Shown piece by piece: positions 38,046 through 49,829 of a DNA stretch of 64,000 nucleotides; position 1 is the first letter of the stretch; every line of letters begins with the position of its first letter. The DNA is from Callorhinchus milii (Eukaryota). The notes under the pieces are model-generated. The model was not told the origin of the DNA, made no database searches, and worked only from the letters and a program-made list of their open reading frames with translations. A program made the translations under genes and the position numbers. The stretch is from the NCBI RefSeq assembly GCF_018977255.1, contig NW_024704742.1:99078001-99142000 (forward strand), given 5' to 3'.

Positions 38046-40108
38046 GGTCTAGCGTCGATTGTAACAATTTGGTGGGGTAACTGACTATCTATAATAAGGT
38101 TCACCGTTTCCCTATTGGGTTACTTTAAGGATGATTTTGATTGGACTATAAAAAAGGCACCAATTACATCAAGTAACTGGTGCAATACAATTACCTAATT
38201 CGGGGAGGGCCTCAATGCCCATAAAAGAACGAGTGCCATGTTCTCAGGGTCGTTATTTTTACTTGATGACATCAAAAGGTGACTGTTGATGAGGAATAGT
38301 CCTTTAGGTCAGGGATTGGGTTTTTGTGCACTTTACATTAACTTCATTACAAGTGGCTGTTTGTGTGTTCAGTTTAAGTGTGATTAGTGTTTTTATTTCA
38401 TAGTTGCATTTGTTGATATTTATCTTATCGTTTAAGATTTAATAGCGAGGGCTGTAGATTTCATCGTAACTACAATAAAATTCCGTTGAGTTTTCTTGAC
38501 TGTGCTTTCTCAAGCTTTCTGTATAAATCAAAGAGGGTTGAGCCTACGTCACAGTCTATTTAGAATAAAATAATTCATTAATCGAGTTTCACCTAAATAT
38601 AGGGATTTGCATTAATTTAGTGAGGATTCAACAGAGGCTACCCAGTACAATCTGCGAGGGGGAGCGAGCCATATCGTGGGTGTACCTATAGAGGTATAGA
38701 ACTGTTTCAAGTTGGCGGCAATACCAATACGGTAGAGGACTATGTCCCAGGACTCGTTTTGTTATTCATGTCATATAATTCTTAAAAACAATCAACTTAG
38801 CTTCAATCACCACTACGGCAACACATCGCACATCCCAATAAGGTGTGTCAAAATAATTAAAAATTATAGATTTCACCCCTTCCCTCAGGCTGAATATGCT
38901 GTCAGTCAAAAATGGTGACTGGGGTGAGATACTGGAGGGGAAATCAATACCTCTCCAACTGCACCCCAGCACAACTCAAGTAGTCAAAGAAACTCCACCT
39001 GTATAACAGTACAATAAAAATTAAACGATTCAACTCTTGAACTAATCAACTATGAAGGATTTGTTTTGTCCTTCACAGGGTGAATGTAGCCAAATGAACA
39101 GATTGGAAGAGGGCAATTGCCTGTTACACTGTTAGATCTAAATTCCATGCTTTTTTCCAGTAACAAAATTGCTGTTTTGCTACTCTATTATCTAATATTG
39201 TATATTTGTCATTCACTTCACTGTGCGCATATTAACTGTTGCTTTTGCTTACAGATATCACTACAAATTACAGTATATCCTTTGAAGCGCTTTGAAACAT
39301 TTTTACGACATGAAAGGCACTTTTTCAAATGCAAGGAATTTTAATATTTCTACATAATTGTAACCTGCAGGTAGATTGTACCTAACCCATCAGATCAATG
39401 TTTCAGTAGAGATACAACAAGACACATCTGGTTACCTGCAGAATGAGCAACTTACAAATCCTTCTGCAAATCTCACAGACTCCAATCTTACCCTTTACAG
39501 GCTTTAGTACAAAAAACTAGCAGACACACCATTTTAAATGCACTCAAATTTGGATTTTAATACAATATTTATACCTTTTTGTAATGAAAATAGAAATGGC
39601 AAATTCAGTGCCAAATATGTTGTTTGCAAAGTGTAAAAAGTGTACATTCAAATCTATGTAGCAGACCCAGTGTAAGAATTATTACAATTCATAGAAGTGG
39701 AAAATACAGCAATAAAATGTCATAAAAAGGTACATTGCTTCAAATATAATCTTTTAGGAACAGGACGATTTCCCTCCATTTAATTCATCTTCAACATATA
39801 TACAAGTTTGAGTGTATAGTGTAAACTACCCAGTACTTCTCTGTATAAATATTATGCACAGTGAAAATATATCCTTCACAACACTCGGAATATTCTATCT
39901 GCATCTCAACATTGCCTCAGTCATCTTGAAATCTATTTTAACTTCAGGTATCAAAGGTGCATACTATATTTCATTCCCTGCAATGTGCTGGGTGAAATGG
40001 AAAATGTTAATATTCATCAATACTGACTGCCATTTGAAAACAATTCAGTATGTAACCTGGAGTCTCTCTTCTAAAACCCACTGCTGTCCAGGAAATCTAG
40101 TTGTAAAA

Positions 40109-40265
40109 TTAAATCACCCCAAGCTGCTGGAGAACCTTTTTTTCTGCTCGCCTGTCTAGGATTCTCTGTCGGAACACAACAATGATACTAAACACTATCC
40201 CCACTAAAAACATAACTCCTTCGAACTTCCAAAACTTCAGTTCCTCCATTTCAACTGAATGACAG
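40109..40265 (-). CDS. JTB-like gene last exon (transmembrane helix + basic tail)
   Basis: 157 nt to TAA: CHSVEMEELKFWKFEGVMFLVGIVFSIIVVFRQRILDRRAEKKVLQQLGVI*, with the JTB hallmarks FWKFEG...RQR.LDR. Confidence 0.9.
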
Positions 40266-41433
40266 CTGGTAAGAGAAAAAAAACAAGAGTTATCTATCGT
40301 CAAAAAAAATCAACATTAAAAATGCTTCTCTGGGAAAAAGGTAATTTCCTACTACATTCAACCACATAAGGTGAAACAAAAATCAAAAAGCTGGGTTAGT
40401 TTGACGATTCATGTAATGGCAGGCCGTGATGCAAGGTTTCAAAGATGCATTCAATATTTTAGAAGAACACAGAAGATAAACAATACAGTTGAGTGAAACA
40501 CATTTTTGTACTTCAGTGATGAAAGTGATCATAGAAGGAAGTCTATTTGAGGGATCCTCAAGAGTGAAATTTAGAATTAGCATTTGTCGGTTTAGCACCT
40601 TATGTAGGCTATTTATATCAGATGCTTTTATGAATGACGAAGATAGTCATATAAAGCAAAAATGCACCTTAGGCAAAGACCCAAATATTTGCGTTATTAT
40701 TAATAATTATTTTATTACATGACTGTAACAAAGCTAGATAACCTAATTTCTATTTACTGTACTTGCATTGCTGATATCAGCAATCATTGGATTTATACAA
40801 ATTCCTTTCATGATTCTAACAAACAGAATTTTAAGAATGAAGTTTACAACTAGTATAAGCAAACATACTAAAGTCACATATATTGACAGAAACCTGAAAT
40901 TCCAGCAATACCAATAAAATTGTATATTTCAGTATGTTAGAATGAGATTCTGGCTCTAGCTTTATGTTTGGAGCACTCTGCAATTCTTGACATAAATACA
41001 AGGATGAGGATGATGGGTTGTTCATCTGAGCTGTAGGATGACAGGGACATATTTGAACACTCTGAACTCTCCATAGCTAGCAAGATCAAATCTATAGCCA
41101 GCAAGATCAAAAGCATAGCCCCAGGGTTAAATTATACCAAATCTTCCAAGTTGACACCACTATATTGGAAGCAAGACAGACAGGATAGGAATTGGAAAAT
41201 TTGCATTTAGGTCTAATTATTAGCCAACAAGTTAACATACTGACATTTTCTTCTTCTTTATCTCTCTCCCATGAAACAAATTCATATCCACAAATATGTC
41301 CACTTAGGTTGTTAGCAATAAACTCAAACAGCTAAACAATTTGCAATTTTAAAAAAAAGTGCCAGTAAATGCAAAGAATACATTCCAAGCAGAAAATACA
41401 AACTGAACTGAAAGAACCAGGATGGTGCCTCAC

Positions 41434-41507
41434 CTCCTGTATCTTTGGTCAGATACACACTTTATTTCTTCCACAAATCCAGTTAAAGTACATTCAATAT
41501 GCATTGT
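41434..41507 (-). CDS. JTB-like gene exon 5
   Basis: 74-nt AG/GT exon: TMHIECTLTGFVEEIKCVSDQRYRS, matching JTB KTTPECGPTGYVEKITCSSSKRNEFKS. Confidence 0.87.
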
Positions 41508-42924
41508 CTGCAGAAAGATAAAACACAAATTAAGGATTAATATGTCAACTTTCACTGTCTAAACTTGCACATGATAATATAATAGGCTTGGAATTCAAGG
41601 AACTATACCCCAGCATAAATTATAAATCAGGAGAGAAGTAGGAGAAAAAAAAGAGAATCATCTTATGTGAAAAAAATGCTCATCTTCCACTGGTGGCCTT
41701 TTTCTTGGTACAGTGTCAGTTTGGCTCAGGAAATATAACCTTGCCTCTTCTACTGAAGATAATGATTAATGCAATAATTTGCAATAATCCTTGCATTTGA
41801 TAATAACATGCTGGGGTACAATTCCAAAGTGCAAATAGTTATTTTGTTACCATGTCCAAATGGTTATTCTTTACTAATTAGAATTTCCTAACTAATTAAC
41901 AGTTGGAAAGCGCAAACTTCAAATTCACTCAAATATGTTTTATTGGGAATTGTGGTACAAAATCTATTTTTTCAGCAGTGGCCAGCTGTCAAAAATAACT
42001 GCAAACTCAAACCTATTCCTCCAGGTCTGGTCATTATACTGAAATTGTTTTACTGCCAATAAATTTACATTATCTGTGTTACTAATGTCACCCTCTGGCC
42101 AGTAAATGAATTGCAATGATAACATATTAATTCTGTGATGCGCTGTTAAGTATTGGAAATGTTGCAATATTATAGAACTTACCACAGCAAACAGCAGGTA
42201 ACATGTCCATTAGATAATATTAGTTCACTGAATTAATTATAAATATCTTCTTTATAGAATATATTGTGGGTGTTGTGAAGCTGGGTTTAAAGAACAACAA
42301 CAAATTGCATTCATAGAATGCCTTTCATGTCCCAAGGCACTGACATTTAAAGCAATTCAATATATATTTCTATTTTTATTCTTTTATTAATTTATTATAC
42401 ATTAAATTTCTAATGGTGCAATTAGTCATGAAAACATGCCTACTTCCATTTTATTTATAAGCCCAAATATTATCGATGGCCACAACTATCATACAAAGTG
42501 CCAATCAATACAACAAAATTGAGGATACATTAAGAATCAGCTTGGCTCATTAGACATTCCCTTAACACCGGGTCAGAATCCAACCAATAGCATCCCAACC
42601 AAGGACCAATTTGGAAATGCTCAACAATAACTCTCCACTGAGATCTTCAGATTGTAAGGCATAGGTTAAGAAGTACACAATAAATATGAAACTTCATGTG
42701 AAGAAAGCTGGCGAGACTTGCATTGTGCTGCTTGTCTGCACCTCTTAACAAGTTGTTATAAAGCAGTAGCTTCTACCCATCAGTGTTAAAACTCACAAAT
42801 ACCAAATACAGGACCAAAGAAAATAACATTATTGTGAACATGCTTTCACAACTTAACGGCTAATTTAGTCCTAAAATAAATTCTGCAATAATACACTGTA
42901 GAAATGTTGTTATTCGTACAGTAC

Positions 42925-43008
42925 CTTCTCATGATCAGAGCATTCAGTGCACTCTCTTATGATGCTATACTCATCTGTTTCCCAGCAAGGTCTTGGGCAA
43001 AGAACTTG
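42925..43008 (-). CDS. JTB-like gene exon 4 (Cys-rich ectodomain); apparent +1 frameshift or alternative acceptor
   Basis: RPCWETDEYSIIRECTECSDHEK matches JTB LPCWLVEEFVVAEECSPCSNFRA; 84 nt from the CAG acceptor, 83 needed for phase. Confidence 0.82.
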
Positions 43009-43231
43009 CTGTTTAGTTAAGAAAAACAAAAACAAAACTGTAACATTTTTTTCCATGAACTAAAATGTGTCAAATGTTATTTGCAGCAGTATTTTGTAAC
43101 CATGACATGCTAATGTTGAAAATAAAAAAAATTCAACAACAACTATGATTCTGCATTTCAACATCCTCTGTTTCTACGCATTTTCTGGTTTGAAAAGCAT
43201 GGTTTTATATCTGACCATTCAGAGTACTTAC

Positions 43232-43272
43232 AAGTGTTTATTTGTGATTGCGGTGGTGCTGCTTCACATAAC
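43232..43272 (-). CDS. JTB-like gene exon 3
   Basis: 41-nt exon, TTTTAG acceptor and GTAAGT donor: LCEAAPPQSQINT, resembling human JTB LCQAEAPVQEEKLS. Confidence 0.78.
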
Positions 43273-43479
43273 CTAAAATGATACATACAGAAAGTTCAAC
43301 TAAATATAAACACTTAGGCAAGCCGACCATTTATTTGTTTTTCTTAAGTTTTATGGAACTTGTTTTTAACTTATAAAATTGCATAACTATTATAAATTCC
43401 CGGGTGGGCAAAACCGTAGGCAAATTTCCTTATTCCACACACCTGTTTTATCTATCAAAAATTGCCTCAAAATTTGAAA

Positions 43480-45148
43480 ACATTCACTTGGCTGCATTGT
43501 CGGCCCCCACGATGTCCCCTTCCACCCTACCCAGACTATCCACACTGCCTTCTCTCTCCGCCACTGCTCCAGCTATTCCCCCCTCCTTACATTTTTTTGC
43601 CCCCATTTCTCTCTCCTTCCTCTCAACCACAATCACCCGGATGAAGTTCACCACTGCCACCTGACCCCCTCCCCATCCAGCTGCAGGTCACTGAACTTCC
43701 CCATCTCTCCCCACTGCTGGCCAACACGGTCAACCAGTCTCTCTCCTCAGGCTGTGTTCTACAGCCCCTGAAAACCACTGTTATCACACCCCTTCTCAAA
43801 AAAACCACCCTCAATCCCTCTAATCTCTCACACTACTGTCCCATTTCCAGCCTACCCTTCCTTGCCAAAGTCCAGGAAGGCATTGTTGCAGGTCAACTTC
43901 GATCAAACCTCTCCCTCCTCGAGCTCCTGCAGTCTGGTTTTTACCCACATCATAGAGACAGCGCTTGTCAAAGTCACAAACGAAGTCCTCTCTATCTGTG
44001 ACCAGGGCTCCCTCTGCCTCCTCGTCCTCCTGGATCTCTCTGCCACGTTTGACACAGTCGACCACGGCAGACCACGGAGGACCATAGGCTCTCCTCCCTC
44101 ATCTACCTTAGTGGGAACGCACTTGCATGGTTCGAGTCCTACTTAACCAACCGCCCCTTCTTCTACTAATCTATATGCTCCTTCTGGGTGATGTCATCCG
44201 CAGACATGAGGTAAACATGTAGACGGATGACACACAATTCTACTTTGCCTCTTCCAGATCAACTCCAGGTCCGCCGATGTTCTATCAGCTTGTCTGGTAG
44301 ACATCATGGCCTGGATGAGTGTAAACTTCCTGCAGCTGAATATGGACAAGACGGAAGCCATACTCCTTGGCTCCCGTCAATGTCTTCACTTCTGTGGATC
44401 TAAACTCCTCAACCTCCCTGGGCTCTCCCTCAGAATCATCGAACCAGTACGCAACCTAGGCATTCGGTTCCACCCCCAACTGTCCTTCGTCCTCCACATC
44501 TGGTCCCTGACTAGGACCGCTATCTTCCACCTCCGTCACATTGCCCAACTCCGACCATACCTTACCCCAAATACAGCCAAAACCCTCGGCAATGCATTTG
44601 TCACCTCCCGCCTGGATTACTCAAATGTACTCCTCGCCGGTCTCCCCAGCTCCACCAATCACAAGATCCAGCTCATTCAAAACTCTGCTGCCCGCATACT
44701 ACCCGGACCAAACTCCGTACCCACATCTCACCAGTTCTGGCCAGGCTCCACTGGCTCCCCATCCCCGAACGGATTGACTTCAAGATTCTCACGCTCGTGT
44801 TCAAATCCATTCACTCACTGGCACCTCCCTACCTTTCCGACCTTCTCACTCCCCAATCCACCTCCCAGCACCTCCGCTCGACTTGCACCGGCCTCCTGCG
44901 CGTCCTTTGCACTCTCCGCCCCACCATTAGAGGTCGTGCTTTCAGTCGCTAATCCCCCAACCTCTGGAACACTCTCCCTCAATCCCTCCACCTTGCCCCC
45001 CCCCCTCTCCCCATCTGAAAACTTTCCTGTTCGACCATGCTTATAGCCTCCTCCCCTCTCCCCAGAGTTAGGCTCCGCCACTTTTAAGCACTCTGTGTGA
45101 CGCTACCCTGCATGGAGGGTGCTATATAAGTGCAAGTTGTTGTTGTTT
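43480..45148 (+). mobile_element. L2 LINE remnant in a JTB-like intron
   Basis: ETALVKVTNEVL...[36 protein letters not shown]; (TTG)n tail. Confidence 0.9.
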
Positions 45149-45727
45149 TATCAGTAAGTAGGAACCCAGTTGTTAGTCGATTGCTTTCCAGGGGGATTAA
45201 TAATTTATTCCAACAAATAAATAAATAATTTGAATACTCAGTCAACATCTGTTTGTGCGACACTGCTGTGCGCAACTGGCTTCAGCATTTCGCCCAGAAA
45301 ATATACAGTCAATTCACTTTACAGTATATTCTGTGAAGCACTTTGAGAATTCTCAATAATGTGATACAGCGTTACATCAAATGGAAAGATAATTATTATT
45401 ATTAAATGCTTTTTTAAAAAAAATTGGGAGTACCCAGAATGGTGCATTGTATTAAACGATTTAATATGCTACCTATATTAGCTGTAGATAGGAGGAAGGT
45501 GGCACAGACCAGCTCGCCTGGCTCATCAGCAGAATTTGCAAGAGCACACAATTCTTCCCATTTGGCTTATGTTAACCCTGCAAGTCAACAGGTAGCGTGG
45601 TCCTAGTTGGACAAGCAGCAGAAAGCTTGCCAAACAATGCAATAATAATAATCCTTGCATTTGATATAGCACTTTATCATGTGCTATATCAAATGTTGTC
45701 GAGACATCTCAATAATGCTTATTTTAC

Positions 45728-45842
45728 CTGAGTAATGTGAACATGCTCCAAAAAGTGGATAGATATGCCAATACGGACACAAACTCCAACTTCTGCCACA
45801 TTTTCTCTTTTTTTGCTTCCCCAACGTGGCCTCTCAGAGATA
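45728..45842 (-). CDS. JTB-like gene exon 2 (signal peptide)
   Basis: Polypyrimidine-CAG acceptor and GT donor; VSLRGHVGEAKKEK then MWQKLEFVSVLAYLSTFWSMFTLLR; internal ATG at 45801 begins a hydrophobic signal-like segment; phase 2 end fits the next exon. Confidence 0.75.
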
Positions 45843-46619
45843 CTGCAATAAAAAGATGAATTTTTAGCAACCTCATTGGTTGAAAAAGTCAAATGTTTTT
45901 GATGTATTTGGTTAATAAAATCATCAAAAACGTTAGAAAGCTTCTTCTAGCGATACCTAGGAGTGAACTATAAAGCCGAAGCCTAAATCAGATGTTTCAT
46001 ATTGTCAAAGGAGCGATATCGAATGTAAGTATTATAATATTTTATCATATGGCCTTATTGTGCCATTGAGACGTTCAAAGCACTTCACAGAATATATTAC
46101 CTCACGCAAGTCCTTACTCCACACACAAGCCTCTGTTTACCGAGCAGTAAGTAGGATCCCGGTTGTTTGTTGATTAGTGGATCAGTTTTCCGAGGGTAAT
46201 AATCCCTTCGAAAAAATAATTTGGTCGCTCAATCCACGACTATTTATGGGCCACTGCTGTGTGCAATTGGTTGCCACGTTTTTCCCACAAAATACGATCA
46301 CTCCACTTTACGGTACAGTCTATGAAGGCGGTTTGAGATGTTTCAAAGACGTGATAAGACCCTATATCAAATGCAAGAATTATTATAAACCAGAAGTAAA
46401 TTACCGAAACCTTAAACTTAGATTGCATTAACCCTACATCTGACACCAATTACGGATTGTCTACCTCGTTCATTGCATCCTACGCTGTCATATGTGTCTC
46501 TCTGACTCTGACTTGGCCAGGCTCTGTGTCTCTGTCTGTCTCTCTAAGTCTCCTGTTGTCCTAGGCTGTGTCTGACTGAATCATGCTCTGTCCTAGGCTC
46601 TGTGTCTATGTCGCTCCGT

Positions 46620-46910
46620 CCGTCTGTCTGTCTGTTTCTCTCTCTGTCTCTCTGTTTCTCTCTCTGTGTCTGTCTGTTTCTCTCTCTGTCTGTCTCTCTC
46701 TCTCTCTGTTTCTCTCTCTCTCTGTCTCTCTCTCTCTCTCTGTCCTAGGCCCTGTGTCAGAGTCACTGTGTGTGTGTGTCTATCTATACAAGGGGACATG
46801 TACCTGTGACTGTGTGTCTCTATTGTCTGGTGTGTGTATGTGGGTATCTTTGTGTGTGTTATTGTCTGTGTATTATGTCTCTCTGATCTCTTTCCTGTCT
46901 GTGTCTCTCT
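46620..46910. repeat. (CT)n/(GT)n compound microsatellite
   Basis: Direct reading; immediately inside the first JTB-like intron. Confidence 0.9.
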
Positions 46911-47200
46911 CAGGTTCGAATCACCCCGGACAACGCGACCGGATCTCTGACGTCACTCACCGGAAGCGCTCCGAGGGCGGGGCGGATGCCGGCTGATGGA
47001 CATCCCGCCGGACCAACCGCGTGGCTCTGAACGCCCCCCCCCCCCCCGTGAGCCAGTGACGTGGAGGCGAGCCCGGCGTGGCCAGGGGCGTGGCTAAGAT
47101 GCTGAGTTGCGCGGCAGACAATGGAGCGGGTGTGGCCCCGCCCCCCCACAGGGGCTGTCAGTCACTCAGCGCTGGCTGGGCACGCGCTGCTCACGTGGGA
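46910..47200. promoter_or_regulatory. CpG island / promoter of the JTB-like gene
   Basis: Dense CpG in an otherwise CpG-depleted region; GC boxes (GGGCGG), palindromic CRE TGACGTCA 46948-46955, ETS-like CCGGAAG 46960-46966, E-box CACGTG ~47192. Confidence 0.75.
46961..47003 (-). CDS. JTB-like gene, putative coding exon 1 (in CpG island)
   Basis: gcgggATG at 47003, MSISRHPPRPRSAS, strong GTGAGT donor; 43 nt phase 1, in frame with the next exon; could instead be 5' UTR. Confidence 0.6.
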
Positions 47201-47254
47201 GCTGCAATGCTCTCTACAGGGCAATGCTGGGCTTTGAGCTGCTTATTAATAATA

Positions 47255-47635
47255 GTGATAATTATCCTTGCATTTGATATAGAGCTTTATCACGACTTGG
47301 GGACGTCTCAAATCGCTTCACAGATTATAATAATAATCCTTGCATTTGATATAGCGCTTTTCACGTCGGGAGGACGTCCCAAAGCGCTTCACAGAATACT
47401 GTAAAGTGAATTGACTGTATATTTGTGGGCGAACGCGGCAGCCAATTGTGCACAGCAATGTCTCACAAGCAGTCGTGGATTGAAAATGACCAATTTATTA
47501 TTGTTTTGTTTTTTTGGAGGGATTATTATTAGGTGTGTGGAGTAAGGAAATTTGCCCAAGGTTTCGCCCTGCCTGGAATTGAACTCAGGTCTCTCGCTTC
47601 CAAAGCGAGTGCTCTAACCACTGAGCTACAGGACT
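47255..47635 (-). mobile_element. Same SINE family, full copy plus a second 3' tail fragment, abutting the CpG island
   Basis: Full reverse copy 47326-47635; extra tail 47255-47321. Confidence 0.88.
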
Positions 47636-49063
47636 GCAACGCAGAGCGCTTGACAGTGGCGGAGCAAGACAGGACCTCCAACAATGCAGCACACTCCCAC
47701 CACCTCATTGGAGTGTCAGTTTAACGATATAGACAATAGAGTCGACATGGACCCAGTGGGAATTTTTACCCACATCGGTTTACTTTCAGTACTGGCATTT
47801 TTGGGAAGAACTCAATCTTTGAACTTTGGACTGAAGAAAAAATGTTTGTTTGTGGTAGAGGTTCTAGAGATGGACAAAAAAATAGTTCTTGTGATCTTTC
47901 AGTAAAATCAATAAACGCTTACATCACGTACAAAACATGAGATAAATAGAATGATCGGGAGCAGCAGCACTGAATAAAATGACAACTCGGTTTATCACAC
48001 TGTGGAGGTAAGAGCTTTGCTGCCACCGATCGTAAGGATCAAACAAGCAGCAAGTGGCACTGCAAATATGTAAACAATATTGATATCTAAATGTTTTACA
48101 TTTATTATTCATAAAATATCAATAATATCAATAATTTTGCCCACAAATATACAGTCAATTCACATTACAGTCTATTCTGTGAAGGGCTCTGAGACTAGAA
48201 GACGTGAAAAGTGCTAAATCAAATGCAAGGATTATTATTATTAATGTAAATAATAACTTACGTTTTGCTTTATACTGTGATTGCTTTCTCTTTTACCATG
48301 TTCTGATTTTTTATTTTTGGGTGTTCCTATAAACATTCACAAGCAGGACAATAATAATCCTTGCGTCTTATCACAATACAATACAAATTACATTTTCATG
48401 TTGTTGAGACGTCTCAAAGCGCTTCATGCAAAATGGATTGATTGTATATTTTGTGGCCAATTTGTGTCTGCGAGTGTAAACATAGCCCCAAAACATCACC
48501 AGGATTTCTTTCATTAGCTGATCCAGAAAAATATCAGACCAGATTACATTAATTATGATTGCAGAAAATTTGGTCTTGATCATGTGGATTTTTGTACGTG
48601 AATCCGCAAACCACTGATTTCTTTAGCGAAAAATATAGATTTCTTTAGGATAAGGTTTATATCTCTTGTGCTTTGATTTTTTTTTAGTCTGTCTATGATT
48701 AGTGATAGCCTACAAACAAGCTAAATGGCAACTATAAATGCCATCATTTATATACTTCAAAACAGTGAATGAATTTGCACGACAAGAAGAATTGACTGTA
48801 TGTTTTGTGAGCGAAACATAGTAGCCAATTGTGCACAGCACACAGTCGTGAATTGAGTGACCAAATTATTATTATTATGGAGGGATTATTAGCTCGGAAA
48901 TGTGATCTGCCAATTGACTAACTACCTGGTCCTACTTACTGCTAGATAAACAGAGGCTTGTGAAATAAGGAAACTTGCCCAACGTTTTGCCCTGCTGGGA
49001 ATTGAACCCATGTCCTCTCGCTTGCAAGGCGAGTTCTCTAACCACTAAGGTAATGGACTCCAC

Positions 49064-49580
49064 AGAAATTTATGACACAGAAGAAGGGCATTCGGCCCAT
49101 CTTGTCCATGTCGGTGCCCTCAAAGACAACCCTTTCAGATCCATTTACCTGGCCTTTCCCCATACCCCTGGAGCTGACTCTTCTTAAAGTAACTGTCTAG
49201 TTCCTTCTTGAAAGCCAATATAGATATGACACATCTCAAAACGTTTCACAGAATATACTGTAAAGTGAATTGATTATATATTTTGTGGGTGAAAGTACTA
49301 ACTCACTGGTCAGTGCAAATCATTTCTCCATATTGACTCTATCAACACCCCTCATAATTTTAAAGGCCTCTATGATGTCACCCCTTAAACTTCTTCATGC
49401 CATCGAAAAAGTCCCATTTCCACCAGTCTCCACTCATCGGGCCAATCACATCATCCTAATAAATCTCCTCTGCCCCCCCTCTAACGCCTTGACGTCTTTC
49501 CTAAACTGTGGTGACCAATACTGGACACAATATTCTAACTGAGGTCCAACTAATGATTTATGTAAGTTTAGCATTACCTC
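49064..49580 (-). mobile_element. Decayed CR1 3' fragment interrupted by a SINE piece
   Basis: CATTCGGCCCATC 3'-end motif; CCAATACTGGACACAATATTCTAACTGAGG corresponds to the reverse of PQLEYCVQYW. Confidence 0.7.
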
Positions 49581-49829
49581 AGTAACGTGAAAGCATTATC
49601 TCCAAAACAAAATGACCTCGCTGAGATAACACCAGAATTGCACTTTTGCATTTTATACATGCTGCCCTGTGATGTGTCCATTTGAAAGGATACTATTCAA
49701 ACACCCTTTGTCAGAATTGACAAAACATAACACGCCACCCTTATTTCACCAACAAGAAATACCCCCATTATTCTGAATTTTTTTTTCATATGTAGAACTC
49801 ACACTGTGTTCACTGGGATATCGTCGAAC

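Noticed and set aside
38100..38780. Unique, mildly CpG-enriched stretch with ATTGG/TATAAAA
   Set aside because: No ORF, spliceable exon or RNA motif that I could support
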